NCBI GenBank assembly: GCA_049317665.1
Contig: JBMOHW010000001.1
Coordinates: forward strand, 17,144 to 81,143
Origin: Terrimicrobiaceae bacterium
Lineage (GTDB): Bacteria > Verrucomicrobiota > Verrucomicrobiia > Chthoniobacterales > Terrimicrobiaceae
Direction of reading: 5' to 3'
Length of the DNA stretch: 64,000 bases
Shown piece by piece: positions 43,616-54,246 of this stretch. The translations under genes were made by a program, and so were the position numbers. Each line of letters opens with the position of its first letter. Position 1 is the first letter of the stretch. The notes below the pieces were generated by a model. That model did not search any database, had not been told where the DNA came from, and worked only from the letters and a program-made list of their open reading frames with translations.

Positions 43616-45337
43616 CTAAGGCAAAACCTCGCGACGATCCGCCAGCCGGGCGTCGAGCTCCGCTCGCTTTTCGACGAGCAGGCCACAGTCGGCGGCCTCC
43701 AGCACCTTGCAAAGTTCCCGCGCTTCGTCGAGACGAGCCACGCTGACGTAGTTTGCACCGGCGGCGTAAAGGACGGTGACGTCGGATAAGACATCAGCGG
43801 TCGCAATAATCACGGCTTCCGGATTCAGTTCGCGAAATTGCCGCACGAGTCGTTCGTTGCTCGTGCCTTTGAGAAGCGCATCCGGGATGGTCGATACAAG
43901 GATCTCGCCCTGCTCGATTCCGGCGTGGAGGAGTGTGTCACGTTGGCTGATGTCGCCATAGATCACGCGGACGCCGCGCTCGCGCAGTGCCGCGTGGACT
44001 TGGGGATTGAAGTCGAGCACAGCTACATCCCTCAGGAGCGAGGGGTTGCGCCGGGCCAGCTCCTCCAACAGTGAACTCGCGGTTCGGAAAAACCCGAGAA
44101 TAATGATCCGCGCGCCGTGTCCATGCCCTGATTCCTCCGTCGGCAGCACCGAGGAGTCGAGATCGCGGAGTCCGAGGGATTTCAGCCATCGCGTCAGGAA
44201 GCGGGTGAGGGAGTCGGATTGCACCATGGCAAACGTGCTGAGCGTCGCGAGCAGGACGAAAGCGAACGACGCCATTCCCGATGTTCCAGTCGAAATGTGG
44301 CCCTTCTCGAGTCCAAGCGATAGCAGCACCAGGGAGAACTCGCTGATCTGGCAGAGGTTGATCGACGGCAACAGACTCGTGCGCAAGCCCTGACGCAGCA
44401 AGTAGAGCGGAAGAAACGTTGTTGCCAAGCGGCTGACGACGACGAATGCCGCAAATGCCAGAGCCCATAAGACGAGGCTGACTGATGGCACCGGGATAGT
44501 CATCCCGAGCGCAACAAAGAAGAGGATGACAAAAAAATCGCGGAGACTCGTAACCTTCGCCGTCACATCGAGGGCATACGGAAATGTCGAAAGAGAAACG
44601 CCCGCAATCAGTGCTCCCATCTCGCGGGAGAGCCCGAGCCATGCGGCAAAAATGCCTACGAGGAAACACCACGCAATCGCTCCAACGAGGACGAGTTCCG
44701 GCAAGCGGGCCACCGAGCGGAAGACCGATGGCAGGACGAATCGGCTGCCAGCCAGTGCCGAGGCCACCAAGAGAACGACTTTGCCAGCGGAGAGCGCCAG
44801 GGCACCAAGCTCCAGACGATCGAGCGTTGGCTGGATCGCGAGGAACAGGATCACAAAAAGATCCTGCAGCACGAGCAGTCCGAGGGTGATCCTTCCCGGA
44901 AGCGTGTCGAGCTCCCGCTTGTCGTAGAGCACTTTCACGATGATCACCGTGCTGCTGAGTGCTGCGGCGACGCCGAGGTAGAGCACATCAAATTTTCCGC
45001 CTGCCAGTGGGAAGCCTATCAACCAAAAAAAGAGAACGCCCAGCAAACAACCCCCAAGAATCTGTGACGCCGCCGTCACCAGGATCGGCCGGCCGGCACT
45101 GATGATCTTTTTCAAATCGATCTCCAGTCCGATCATGAAGAGGAGAAAAATCAGGCCCAATTCCGAGATGGTGTGGATCGACTCCTGCTCATGCACCATG
45201 CCGAAGCCCGACGGTCCGAGTGCGAAGCCAGCGATCAGATAGGCCAGGATCACCGGCTGCTTCAGCACCTTGGCGACCACACCGAGCAGCCAGGCCGCAA
45301 TGATGCAAATCGCGATGTCATGGATCAATTCATGCAT
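43616..45337 (-). CDS. Kef-type cation:proton antiporter with C-terminal TrkA-N (RCK) domain
   Basis: 573-aa ORF. A 12-13 TM Na+/H+ exchanger-family region (GFALGPSGFG, ISELGLIFLLFMIGLE) and a C-terminal Rossmann-like IIILGFFRTASSLLEEL. Confidence 0.9.
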   Translation of the reverse strand: MHELIHDIAICIIAAWLLGVVAKVLKQPVILAYLIAGFALGPSGFGMVHEQESIHTISELGLIFLLFMIGLEIDLKKIISAGRPILVTAASQILGGCLLGVLFFWLIGFPLAGGKFDVLYLGVAAALSSTVIIVKVLYDKRELDTLPGRITLGLLVLQDLFVILFLAIQPTLDRLELGALALSAGKVVLLVASALAGSRFVLPSVFRSVARLPELVLVGAIAWCFLVGIFAAWLGLSREMGALIAGVSLSTFPYALDVTAKVTSLRDFFVILFFVALGMTIPVPSVSLVLWALAFAAFVVVSRLATTFLPLYLLRQGLRTSLLPSINLCQISEFSLVLLSLGLEKGHISTGTSGMASFAFVLLATLSTFAMVQSDSLTRFLTRWLKSLGLRDLDSSVLPTEESGHGHGARIIILGFFRTASSLLEELARRNPSLLRDVAVLDFNPQVHAALRERGVRVIYGDISQRDTLLHAGIEQGEILVSTIPDALLKGTSNERLVRQFRELNPEAVIIATADVLSDVTVLYAAGANYVSVARLDEARELCKVLEAADCGLLVEKRAELDARLADRREVLP

Positions 45338-45373
45338 AAGATGGGAGGGTTGTTTTTTTCACCGAAAGCACTG

Positions 45374-46165
45374 TTACTCTGCGCCGGGCTGGCGTCTGGC
45401 GAGCAACGCCAAGCGTGGCCACCACCAGACAGTCTTTCCGTCCTCATGGCCGATCTGGAATGCCTCGCGTGCCTCGGACGGGGCTGAGCGGACCAACTCC
45501 ACGACCTTTGCACGATTCTCTGGCGGGGTGGCGGCTGTTTGAAAATACCACTCGAGATCCGGCTGCTTAAACGGCGTGAGACGGGCGCTGAGAACACGGA
45601 GTCCGGAGGCTTCGCAGAGTTGCGTCCATGCCGACGGAGAAAGAAATCTTGCGTGGCTCGGATCGCGGAGTTTCTCGACCGAGTGGATCCACTCCTCCGC
45701 CGTCGAGGCTCCATCTGGAACGCTGCCGTCGATCAGCAAAAAATGCCCGCCGGGAGCCAAGATACGCCGGACCTCTGAAACAAATGCCGCCGGATCGCTG
45801 AAGTGGTGAGCGGCCACGCGGCATGTGACCAAATCAAAGCTGGCCTCCGGGTAGGGCAGGCGTTCTGCTTCGTGAAGAGCAGTCCGGATTGCGACTCCGC
45901 GCTCGCTGGCAAGCTCCCCGGCCCGTGTCAGCATCGCCGGAGTGAGATCGGATGCGGTGACATTCCATCCATTTGCTGCGAGGAAGACGGCCGTGTGCCC
46001 GCCACCAGTCGCAATATCCAGTGCGGCACGGCCCACGCCCGCTACCAAGTCCCCGAGGGCCTCGGCGATGTCGGAGGTGTCCGCCAGGATGTGGGAACTT
46101 CCGTAGTTTCGACTTTGACGCTCGAATTGCTCGCGAGACGCTTCCTGAGTGGCATTCAAACTCAT
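45374..46165 (-). CDS. class I SAM-dependent methyltransferase
   Basis: 263-aa ORF. SAM-binding motif ALDIATGGGHTAVFLAANGW and the LLIDGSVP post-motif. Confidence 0.85.
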   Translation of the reverse strand: MSLNATQEASREQFERQSRNYGSSHILADTSDIAEALGDLVAGVGRAALDIATGGGHTAVFLAANGWNVTASDLTPAMLTRAGELASERGVAIRTALHEAERLPYPEASFDLVTCRVAAHHFSDPAAFVSEVRRILAPGGHFLLIDGSVPDGASTAEEWIHSVEKLRDPSHARFLSPSAWTQLCEASGLRVLSARLTPFKQPDLEWYFQTAATPPENRAKVVELVRSAPSEAREAFQIGHEDGKTVWWWPRLALLARRQPGAE

Positions 46166-46257
46166 CCCTTATTGACTACCCGCTACGAAATAGAATCGAA
46201 AGAAAATCTGATCGAACCCGGTCTTTCTCTTTCGTCGGGAATGTGCGTGAATCCTTC

Positions 46258-47667
46258 ATGGACGAATTCGAGTTTGTTGTGATCGGTGGCGGCAGTGCCG
46301 GCTACGCTGGCGCACGCACGGCGGCGGCAGCCGGGCTTCGAACGGCCGTCATTGATGGCGGCGCGGAACTCGGTGGCCTTTGCATCTTGCGAGGATGTAT
46401 GCCGAGCAAAACCCTTCTGGAATCTTCCCACCGATATCGTGTGCTCCGGAGGGCGAGTGAGTTTGGTCTTGAGGCGAATGACATTGGGTTCAATGCCCGT
46501 GCGATCATTGAGCGAAAGCGTCGATTGGTCGGCGAGTTCGCCGATTTCCGGCGTGGGCAATTGGAGGACGGGCGATTCGAACTGATTCGCGGGAAGGCGG
46601 AATTTCTTGATGCGCATACGGTTCGGATCTTGCTCCGCGAGGGCGGGATGAGGGACGTGCGGGCCAAAACATTTTTGCTCTCGACGGGATCAGTCGTGGC
46701 GACGCCAGCGGTTCCCGGACTTAGCGACCCCGAGGTTTGGACGAGTGATGACATCCTGGATAGTGAAAGTTTACCAGAATCCCTGACTGTGCTCGGAGGA
46801 GGGCCGGTCGCACTCGAAATGGCAACATACTGTCAAGCGCTCGGCGTTCGAGTGGTGCTTGTCCAGCGGAGCTCCCAGGTGCTGAAGGGTTCGGATCCCG
46901 ATGCCGCTGCCGCGCTTGTGGACGGGCTTCGGCACGGGGGCATGGAGATCATTCTGGATACGAAACTCAAGCGGGTTGCGCGCTCGGCGGAAGGTTGGGA
47001 AACGGTCATCGAGCACGCCGGCGCTGAGGTGAAAATTGTGAGCGCAAAGATCCTGAATGCGCTTGGGCGGCGGGCCAGCCTTGAGGGCCTTGATCAAGCG
47101 GGGATCGAGATCCGAAACGGTCGCGTCGCAACCGCTCCCGACCAGCGCACGTCGCAGAATCACATTTTCGCGGCCGGGGATGTTTGCGGTCCGCTGGAAG
47201 TCGTGCACGTCGCGATCCAGCAGGGCGAAATCGCGGCGCGCAATGCGGCTCGGTTGCTCCGCTGGGCCGGGGAGACGCCTGAGACGATCGACTACCGCTT
47301 GCGATTGTTTGCGGTATTTTCCGACCCGCAATTCGCGACGGTCGGGGCGACGGAATCCGAACTCCGGGAGTCCGGCATTCCCTTCCGATCCGCATCTTAC
47401 CCATTTGCCGATCACGGAAAATCTCTCGTGATGGGAGAGACCGAAGGTTTTGTGAAACTGATTGTTCACGCAGACTCCCGCGAGATCCTGGGAGGGACGG
47501 TCGTCGGGCCGTGCGCGTCGGAATTGATCCATGAGATCGTTGTTGCCATGCGCTTCCGCGGGACCGCCGCCGATCTCGCCACGACGCCGCATTACCACCC
47601 CACGCTCTCCGAAATCTGGACGTATCCGGCCGAGGAATTGATTGACGCTGGGGCTTCGCTGCATTGA
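46258..47667 (+). CDS. class I pyridine nucleotide-disulfide (FAD/NAD(P)) oxidoreductase, lipoamide dehydrogenase/mercuric reductase-like
   Basis: Internal ATG 46258 of ORF 45973..47667. FAD motif VVIGGGSAGYAGA, redox disulfide GGLCILRGCMPSK, NAD motif VLGGGPVALE, C-terminal HYHPTLSE dimerisation/His-Glu motif. Confidence 0.85.
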   Translation: MDEFEFVVIGGGSAGYAGARTAAAAGLRTAVIDGGAELGGLCILRGCMPSKTLLESSHRYRVLRRASEFGLEANDIGFNARAIIERKRRLVGEFADFRRGQLEDGRFELIRGKAEFLDAHTVRILLREGGMRDVRAKTFLLSTGSVVATPAVPGLSDPEVWTSDDILDSESLPESLTVLGGGPVALEMATYCQALGVRVVLVQRSSQVLKGSDPDAAAALVDGLRHGGMEIILDTKLKRVARSAEGWETVIEHAGAEVKIVSAKILNALGRRASLEGLDQAGIEIRNGRVATAPDQRTSQNHIFAAGDVCGPLEVVHVAIQQGEIAARNAARLLRWAGETPETIDYRLRLFAVFSDPQFATVGATESELRESGIPFRSASYPFADHGKSLVMGETEGFVKLIVHADSREILGGTVVGPCASELIHEIVVAMRFRGTAADLATTPHYHPTLSEIWTYPAEELIDAGASLH

Positions 47668-47716
47668 CCATCTGGCATATGATGGTTCTCAAATTTAGCG
47701 TATCTGGAGGTATCTT

Positions 47717-48370
47717 GTGAAAATCCCGTGTCCGGCTCTTCCCCCCTTTGCTAGGGATGATCGCGAAGCGGTTCGCGTTGCCTTTCAAGGGGCTCCCGTG
47801 ATGGAGATGGGCCAAAGTTGGCGGGAGAGTTTGGAGGTGGGCTTCTCACCGGCTCGGGTGCGAGTCGGGTGGCGGGAAGACCGCCTCATGGTCTTCGCTG
47901 AGTTGACCGACGTCGAACTCGTGACGCAAGCCACGGAGAACAACCAACGGCTATGGAAGCTGGGTGATGTTTTCGAAATTTTCCTGCGCGATTCGAGTGG
48001 TGAGCGGTATTTGGAATTTCACATTGCGCCGAACGGCAGGCGTTTGCAGCTCGTTTTTTCGGACCGGGCTACGCTGGGGCAACTTGCGGCAAACGGAATG
48101 GTGATCGAGGATCTGATGGTCGCCGAGCCCATGTTTGAGTTCTCCCACTGGGTCGATGGGGACCTGTGGAGTATCTGCGCGGAGGTTCCGAACTCTGCAT
48201 TTCTCCAGCCTGGAACGACACTCGCGGGTCGGACATGGCTGGCATCGTTCAGTCGGTATGACTATCGAGCGCCCGGCACGGAGCCGGTCATCTCCTCGAC
48301 GTCGCCCCATACTGTGGCGTCCTTTCACAGGCAGCAGGAGTGGGCGGAACTTGTTTTTGTCGGGGCTTAG
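47717..48370 (+). CDS. carbohydrate-binding family 9-like (DOMON-like) domain protein
   Basis: 217-aa ORF (GTG start). ARVRVGWREDRLMVFAELTD...RLWKLGDVFEIFLRDSSGERYLEFHIAPNG fits the CBM9-like pattern. Confidence 0.5.
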   Translation: MKIPCPALPPFARDDREAVRVAFQGAPVMEMGQSWRESLEVGFSPARVRVGWREDRLMVFAELTDVELVTQATENNQRLWKLGDVFEIFLRDSSGERYLEFHIAPNGRRLQLVFSDRATLGQLAANGMVIEDLMVAEPMFEFSHWVDGDLWSICAEVPNSAFLQPGTTLAGRTWLASFSRYDYRAPGTEPVISSTSPHTVASFHRQQEWAELVFVGA

Positions 48371-49161
48371 GATTCGTCCCGTTGCCAATCCGGTTTGTTG
48401 TCGAACACCCAACGGTAGTATTCTGCCCGGGTCAGGAGCGATGCCGAGGGTTCATCCAAGAAAAATTTTGCCGCCGGGTGCATCTGGAGGATCGATGCCG
48501 GATTGCTCGCGGTAATGGGGCCTTCGACGGCACCGAGGACGGCTTCGGCTTTGTTTTTACCGAAGGCGAGAAGGAGAACCTCGCGGGATTCCATGATCGT
48601 TCCAATGCCCATCGTGATGACGTGATTTGGGACTTCGTCCTCGGAATCAAAGAACGGAGTGTTATCCCGGCGTGTGCGTTCGGTCAGCGTCTTGATGCGG
48701 GTGCGGGAGGCTAGTGACGAACTGGGTTCATTAAATCCGATGTGTCCGTCGGAGCCGATGCCGAGGATCTGGATATCGATGCCCCCTGCTTCACGGATCA
48801 TTTTTTCGTAATCGGCGCAATGGCCCGCGACCTCGGTGCCATTCATCAAACCGCTGGGAATGTGAGTTCGCTCGGGTTCGATATTGATGAGGTCGAACAG
48901 ATTCGTTCGCATGAATTGGTGGTAGGAAGCCGGATGAGTTGGAGCGAGACCCAGATACTCATCGAGGTTGAATGTCCGAATCCGGGAAAAGTCGAGACCC
49001 TCCTCGCGATGCATGCGAATGAGTTCCTTGTAGAGTAGCACGGGTGTGCTCCCGGTGGCGAGTCCGAGGACGGCATCCGGCTTGTTTCGGATAAATCGCG
49101 CCAGTCGCTTGGCGGCCAGGCGAGAGGCCGAGGCTGGGTCGGGGTTGATCAGGATTTCCAT
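48367..49161 (-). CDS. nagB: glucosamine-6-phosphate deaminase
   Basis: 264-aa ORF. VLGLATGSTPV, FNLDEYLGL, ILGIGSDGHIGFNEP. Confidence 0.92.
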   Translation of the reverse strand: MEILINPDPASASRLAAKRLARFIRNKPDAVLGLATGSTPVLLYKELIRMHREEGLDFSRIRTFNLDEYLGLAPTHPASYHQFMRTNLFDLINIEPERTHIPSGLMNGTEVAGHCADYEKMIREAGGIDIQILGIGSDGHIGFNEPSSSLASRTRIKTLTERTRRDNTPFFDSEDEVPNHVITMGIGTIMESREVLLLAFGKNKAEAVLGAVEGPITASNPASILQMHPAAKFFLDEPSASLLTRAEYYRWVFDNKPDWQRDES

Positions 49162-49218
49162 GGCGATTGAATAATCGAATTGCAGGAGAATGGGATCGGT
49201 GGCAGGCTTTTCGTCTCC

Positions 49219-49281
<63 letters not shown>

Positions 49282-49291
<10 letters not shown>

Positions 49292-50625
49292 TGGTTTGCC
49301 AAAGTGGGTGAAGAGTTGGAAATGGCGCGATCAAACCGGGCCAGTGTTCGTTCCTTTCCGAGAACCTCAAACATCTCATAAAGTCCGGGCCCAACCGAGC
49401 GTCCGCTGACCGCCACGCGGGCCGGGTGGACAAGTTCGCCGGTTTTGACACCGAGGCCCACGGCCGTTTCCTTGAGCTTCGCTTCAATGGCCGGGTGGTT
49501 CCACTCCGATAAATCGGCCAAAGCCGCCCGGAGCGAGGCCAGACGGTCTGCGGAACCCGGCTTGGCCAGGCTCTTCGCGACGGCCTCGGGATCGAAGGGA
49601 AAATCCTCGGTGAAAAGAAAGCCGATCCAATCCGGAACATCGCTGAGATGTTTGACCTTCGGCTTCACAATCGCGAGCGCCGGGAGCAGGGCGGACGACC
49701 AGCCGTAGGGCACGCCGGCCCTGTCCACAAACGGGAGGGCGAGTTCGGCGAACCGCTCGAGTGGCATTTGAAGGATATGCTGGCCGTTCAACCAAAAACA
49801 TTTGTCGAGATCGAAGATGGAATTTCGGCGATTGATTTTCCCGAGGTCGAACAGGGCAAGCACATCGGCCTTCGTGAGGAACTCCCGGTTCTCACCCGGC
49901 GACCATCCGAGCAGGCACAGGTAATTCGCGACAGCCTCCGGTGTGTAACCCAGATCCAGAAAATATCTAATGCTCGAACCTCCGTCTCGTTTGCTGAGCT
50001 TCTTTCCCTCATGGTTCAGGATCAGCGGAATGTGGGCAAAGCTCGGCGGCTTCGCTCCGATGGCCTGGTAGAGTTCGATATGTTTCGGCGTATTCGAGAG
50101 GTGGTCTTCGCCGCGGATGACGTGCGTGAGCTGCATTTCGATGTCGTCGACGACGTTGACGAAATGGAAAATCCATGACCCGTCCGGACGCCGGATCGTC
50201 ATATCCGGGTGGGTGGCGGGATTGGACATGTCAAACTCAATGCGCCCGCAGACGATATCTTCCACGACGACCGGTTTCCGAGGCGAACGGAATCGGATCG
50301 CTCCACCGTCCTCATACACGTGTCCGCCGGCCTCGAGGATGTTGAGGTATTTTTCATAGACCGCGTTGCGTTCGCTTTGTTGGTAGGGACCGAACGGACC
50401 GCCTTTGTCCGGGCCTTCATCCCAATCGATGCCGAGCCAGTTGAGTCCGTCGTAAATGACTTGGTAGGCTTCGGCGGTATTCCTTTTTTCGTCGGTGTCC
50501 TCGATGCGCAGGATAAATGTCCCGCCATTCTGGCGGGCGTAGAGCCAGTTGAAGAGGGCGGTGCGGGCGCCTCCGACGTGGAGAAAGCCGGTGGGCGAGG
50601 GTGCGAATCGAGTGCGGACGGTCAT
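49282..50625 (-). CDS. gltX: glutamate--tRNA ligase
   Basis: ORF 49282..51117, trimmed to MTVRTRFAPSPTGFLHVGGARTALFN (HIGH-type motif). KLSKRDG (KMSKS-type) is present. The upstream 164 codons overlap recF and are rejected. Confidence 0.92.
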
Positions 50626-50657
50626 GGAAGTAAGAGAATCGGATCGCCGCCCGGAAC

Positions 50658-51722
50658 TCAAGCGTGGAGGCGGGGAGCCAAGCGGCCATCGCACAGATCC
50701 ATGATTGCGTCCGATCCGTCGATATCGGCCCAGTCGAGAAACGTCGTCGAAATGATGGCCTGTGCGTTCTCTGGCAGCGACGCGAGAAGGCGGTTGCGGC
50801 GCGGCGGATCGAGTTCCCCGAAGACATCGTCGAGGAGAAAAAGCGGCGGTGTGCCCTGGACATTTTGCAGGTGCCGGGCTTGGGCGAGTTTGAGGGCCAG
50901 GGCGATGCTCCGTTGCTGTCCCTCCGATGCGAATGCGGATCCCCCGAGACCGTTGAGCTTGATGAGGATGTCGTCGCGATGAGGCCCGACAACAGTTTGG
51001 CGGAGTCGGTCTTCCTCCGGACGCGACTCCTCCAGCGCTTGGATCATCGGGACGTCCGCCCCTGCCCGGAACCGAATCTCCAGATGATCGTTGGCTCCGC
51101 TGATTTCCCGACAGCATGTCGCTGCGAGAGGTGCGAGAATTGCGGTGAGGGAGGAACGTGCGTTAAGAAGGATGTCACCCGCGGATGTCAGTGGTTCGTC
51201 GAAGGCGGCGATCTCACGCCTCGGACGGGTGTCCTTCAGCAGGGCATTCCGCGAACGCAAAGCCCGCTCGTAGGAGCGCAGGGCCGCACGGTAGCCCGGC
51301 ACGGCTTGCGTTCCCAGGAAGTCAAGAAATCTCCGCCGGACCGAGCTGCTGCCGAGAACTAGATCGAGATCGGAATTCGCCAGCCAAGCGACCCTTGCGA
51401 TCCCGAGATAGTCCTCGCTTCGCGTCTGCACTTTTGAATCGAGGGAGATCCGGCGGGATCCTTCCATCCACGTGCACGAGAGGTGCGATCCGCCGCAGCG
51501 ACCGTCGATCACGAAGGCTGGTCGTTCGACTTTGACAGCCTCGGCCAGAGACGATGTGCGGGGCGACTGGAGGCGGAGAAGAATGCAGATCGCTTCAAGT
51601 AGTGACGTTTTGCCCATGGCGTTTCGTCCCACGACAAAGCTTCGTCCCGGTCCCGGAGTGAACTCGAGCGATTCGAAGCAGCGGAAGTCGAGCAGTCGTA
51701 TGCTCTCGAAACGGGGAGTCAT
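50658..51722 (-). CDS. recF: DNA replication and repair protein RecF
   Basis: 354-aa ORF. N-terminal IRLLDFRCFESLEF...GRNAMGKTSLLEAI (Walker A), signature SEGQQRSIALALKLA, Walker B LFLLDDVFGELD. Confidence 0.9.
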   Translation of the reverse strand: MTPRFESIRLLDFRCFESLEFTPGPGRSFVVGRNAMGKTSLLEAICILLRLQSPRTSSLAEAVKVERPAFVIDGRCGGSHLSCTWMEGSRRISLDSKVQTRSEDYLGIARVAWLANSDLDLVLGSSSVRRRFLDFLGTQAVPGYRAALRSYERALRSRNALLKDTRPRREIAAFDEPLTSAGDILLNARSSLTAILAPLAATCCREISGANDHLEIRFRAGADVPMIQALEESRPEEDRLRQTVVGPHRDDILIKLNGLGGSAFASEGQQRSIALALKLAQARHLQNVQGTPPLFLLDDVFGELDPPRRNRLLASLPENAQAIISTTFLDWADIDGSDAIMDLCDGRLAPRLHA

Positions 51723-52930
51723 TCCGATTGGCTGAGCCGTTCGATTGGCTTCTCAAACAACAGGCAGTGAGCCTCGCGAAGGATACCCGGAATTTGCTCC
51801 CGGAAGGGACTTGATCGAAGTGCCTCGAGCATTTCTGCATCCGAAAATTCCGCCGCATTTTTGCCGGGAAACCAATGGCCCGCCTGTCCGAGAAGGTTGT
51901 AGCGCATCTTTGCAAAATCCACCATGTCGAGGCTCTTGGCGAAGAGGAAAAGCCGCAGGATTTCCCAGACATGGATTTCGCCCGGGCAGGACTCCCATGG
52001 CGGAATCCCGGTTTGCCACTGGTTGATCCATTCCTGTCCGAACTCAGCGGCCATGGCCTCCTCCAGCCGGTCCGAAATCGCAGGCACCAAGGCCCCGGTG
52101 TCGGCGAGATGCGAGAGGGAGCGAATATGTTCGTCGAAGTCCGATGGCCGCGCGGCACCGACGGAGAGCGTGTGCACGGAGGGATTGGCCAGGCAGAACA
52201 GGTTGTTGAATGCCATCGGGCTCAGGGGCTCACAGAGGCGGCGGAGTTTTTCCGGCGGGGCGTAGAGCTTCCCTCCCTTGTCATTCGGGCTGATGATGAA
52301 AACTCCGACATCTTGCGCAGCGGCTGCCTCGATGGCGGTCGAGTTCGACTGGTTGACCCAATACCAATGGAGGTTGACGTAGTCGAACTCCCCGGTGTTG
52401 ATCGCGCGGGTGATGACGTCGCATGAAGCGTGGGTGGAGAATCCGATAAACTTCGCGCGACCCTCCCGTTGGATTTCCCGCGCAACCGCCAGCGGGCCGC
52501 CCGGTTCGAGCGAGTGCGTGAGAATTTCGTGATTGTTGATGCCGTGCAGCGAGAGGAGGTCGACGTGATCGAGTCGGAGGTAGGCCATCGATCGTTCAAA
52601 TGTCTCGCGAAACTTCGCCGCGTCACACTCGGGCGATACCTTCGTCTGAATGATCATCTCGTCCCGAGGAAACTCCCGGAGGAACCGTCCGAGTTGGACT
52701 TCCGACGTGCCGTAGCCGCGAGCGGTTTCGATGTGGTTAATCCCGAGGCTGAGTGCGTGCCGAACCGTTTCCTCAAGGTTCCTTTGACTCTCATCCGGGA
52801 TCGTCGCCGGATCGTCATCTTTCCACGAGTGCTGGAACCGCATCCCCCCGCAGGTGAACACCGGCATCGCCAATTCGGTTCGACCGAAGCGTCGGCGTGG
52901 CATTTGTTCAGGCGTGAAGGAATGAGACAT
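51719..52930 (-). CDS. aldo/keto reductase with C-terminal extension
   Basis: 403-aa ORF. AKR motifs GINHIETARGYGTSE, LDHVDLLSLHG and FIGFSTH. About 90 extra C-terminal residues have no recognisable motif. Confidence 0.85.
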   Translation of the reverse strand: MSHSFTPEQMPRRRFGRTELAMPVFTCGGMRFQHSWKDDDPATIPDESQRNLEETVRHALSLGINHIETARGYGTSEVQLGRFLREFPRDEMIIQTKVSPECDAAKFRETFERSMAYLRLDHVDLLSLHGINNHEILTHSLEPGGPLAVAREIQREGRAKFIGFSTHASCDVITRAINTGEFDYVNLHWYWVNQSNSTAIEAAAAQDVGVFIISPNDKGGKLYAPPEKLRRLCEPLSPMAFNNLFCLANPSVHTLSVGAARPSDFDEHIRSLSHLADTGALVPAISDRLEEAMAAEFGQEWINQWQTGIPPWESCPGEIHVWEILRLFLFAKSLDMVDFAKMRYNLLGQAGHWFPGKNAAEFSDAEMLEALRSSPFREQIPGILREAHCLLFEKPIERLSQSE

Positions 52931-52942
52931 CGGTTCCGAGGA

Positions 52943-54124
52943 CTATACGCGCAGTCGGCAGACCGCTGCCACCTCGATTTCGGCAGTTTGTGGGAACATG
53001 TCGATCGGCTGGACATGGTCGATTTGATATGGTCCCGCGAGTTTTTTCAGGTCCCGGGCGAGCGTGGCCGGATCGCACGAGACGTAGACCAATGTGCCCG
53101 GCGGGCGGCTCAGGATTGCGTTGGCGACATCGGGTGCCAATCCCTCGGATGGAGGGTCGACCAGCAGGGCGGTTTGCGCCGGGGCGTAACCCTCGAGCAC
53201 GGACGCGAGGTGGTATTCGACCGCGCCCTGAACATAGAGTTCGGACTCCCCGGAGGTGCTTCGGGCTGCGGCAATCGCCGGTTCGCTCCATTCGATGCCG
53301 GTCACCTTCGAGAACCGCGGCAGCAAGGCCTTCGAGAAAAATCCCGCGCCACAATACGCATCGACAAGATGGTCTTCGGGACCGGTGAACATTCCGGCAA
53401 CGACCTCCAATAAAACGCCCGCCGCCCCCTCGTTGACCTGCCGGAATCCGTGGTGGTCCGTGCGCGACCGCAGCGTGAAGCGCGACTTTCCGCGCGGAGG
53501 GCGTCTCGCCAGAACGGCGAGTTGTTCGTTGACCTCGGGATTGGCAATCGGGCAGTGGTCAACGGGAACAAGTTGGCGGGACTTGCGATGGTGGAATCCG
53601 GTTTTTCCATCCGCCACATGCACGGAGATCCGGTTCCGGTATTCCCACTGTTCCGGCGAGGCGATCGTCGGGCGGACGTCGATCGAGGAAAATCCACCGA
53701 CTCTCCGCAAAAGATCAACCACTTGGGAGGTCTTGATCTCGAGCTGGAGATCGTAATCCGCGTGTTGATAGGCACAGCCACCGCAGGTTCCGAAGACGGG
53801 GCACCGTGGACGCACACGCTTCGGCGAAACCTCGGCGAGACGCACGACTTCGCCTTCGACGTAGGATTTTTTCTCGGTTACTGTCCGAACGATCACCCGT
53901 TCGCCCGGCAGCGTGTAGGGGACAAAGCAGACCCGGCCATCCGGCAGGCGCCCGACGCCCGCCCCGCCGAATCCCACGCTCTCGATAAGAATGCTCGCTT
54001 CCAAGGGGTCAGGATAGCGGCTTACCGCCCGATCCGGCAAACGGAATTCCGCGTCAATCCCATGGCGACGGCTGAATTGACAACGCCCCACGATCCGGCC
54101 TACGTTCCCGGTCATGCTCAACAC
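52943..54124 (-). CDS. rlmD: TRAM-domain 23S rRNA (uracil-5)-methyltransferase (RlmD/RumA-like)
   Basis: 393-aa ORF (GTG 54124, alternative ATG 54116). TRAM-like GFGGAGVGRLPDGRVCFVPYTLPGERV, Fe-S Cys cluster CPVFGTCGGCAYQH, SAM motif VDAYCGAGFF, catalytic YVSCDPATLARD. Confidence 0.85.
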   Translation of the reverse strand: MLSMTGNVGRIVGRCQFSRRHGIDAEFRLPDRAVSRYPDPLEASILIESVGFGGAGVGRLPDGRVCFVPYTLPGERVIVRTVTEKKSYVEGEVVRLAEVSPKRVRPRCPVFGTCGGCAYQHADYDLQLEIKTSQVVDLLRRVGGFSSIDVRPTIASPEQWEYRNRISVHVADGKTGFHHRKSRQLVPVDHCPIANPEVNEQLAVLARRPPRGKSRFTLRSRTDHHGFRQVNEGAAGVLLEVVAGMFTGPEDHLVDAYCGAGFFSKALLPRFSKVTGIEWSEPAIAAARSTSGESELYVQGAVEYHLASVLEGYAPAQTALLVDPPSEGLAPDVANAILSRPPGTLVYVSCDPATLARDLKKLAGPYQIDHVQPIDMFPQTAEIEVAAVCRLRV

Positions 54125-54246
54125 GAACGACCCGGAGGACCGTCAGATCCGAATCATCCTACTTTCCGCCGCAGCGGCTGCCGTAGTCGGGTTTCTTGTT
54201 GTCGTGACCGGGGTTGCGGTTCTCGTCTCGATGAACTTCAACGTCC

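Noticed and set aside
46771-47815. 297-aa and 269-aa minus-strand ORFs
   Set aside because: Both are antisense to the FAD-dependent disulfide oxidoreductase, which has clear FAD, CxxxxC and NAD motifs.
50626-51117. N-terminal 164-codon extension of the gltX ORF
   Set aside because: The extension overlaps recF and is Arg/Pro/Gly-rich. The conserved GltX N-terminus (MTVRTRFAPSPTGFLHVGG) starts at 50625.
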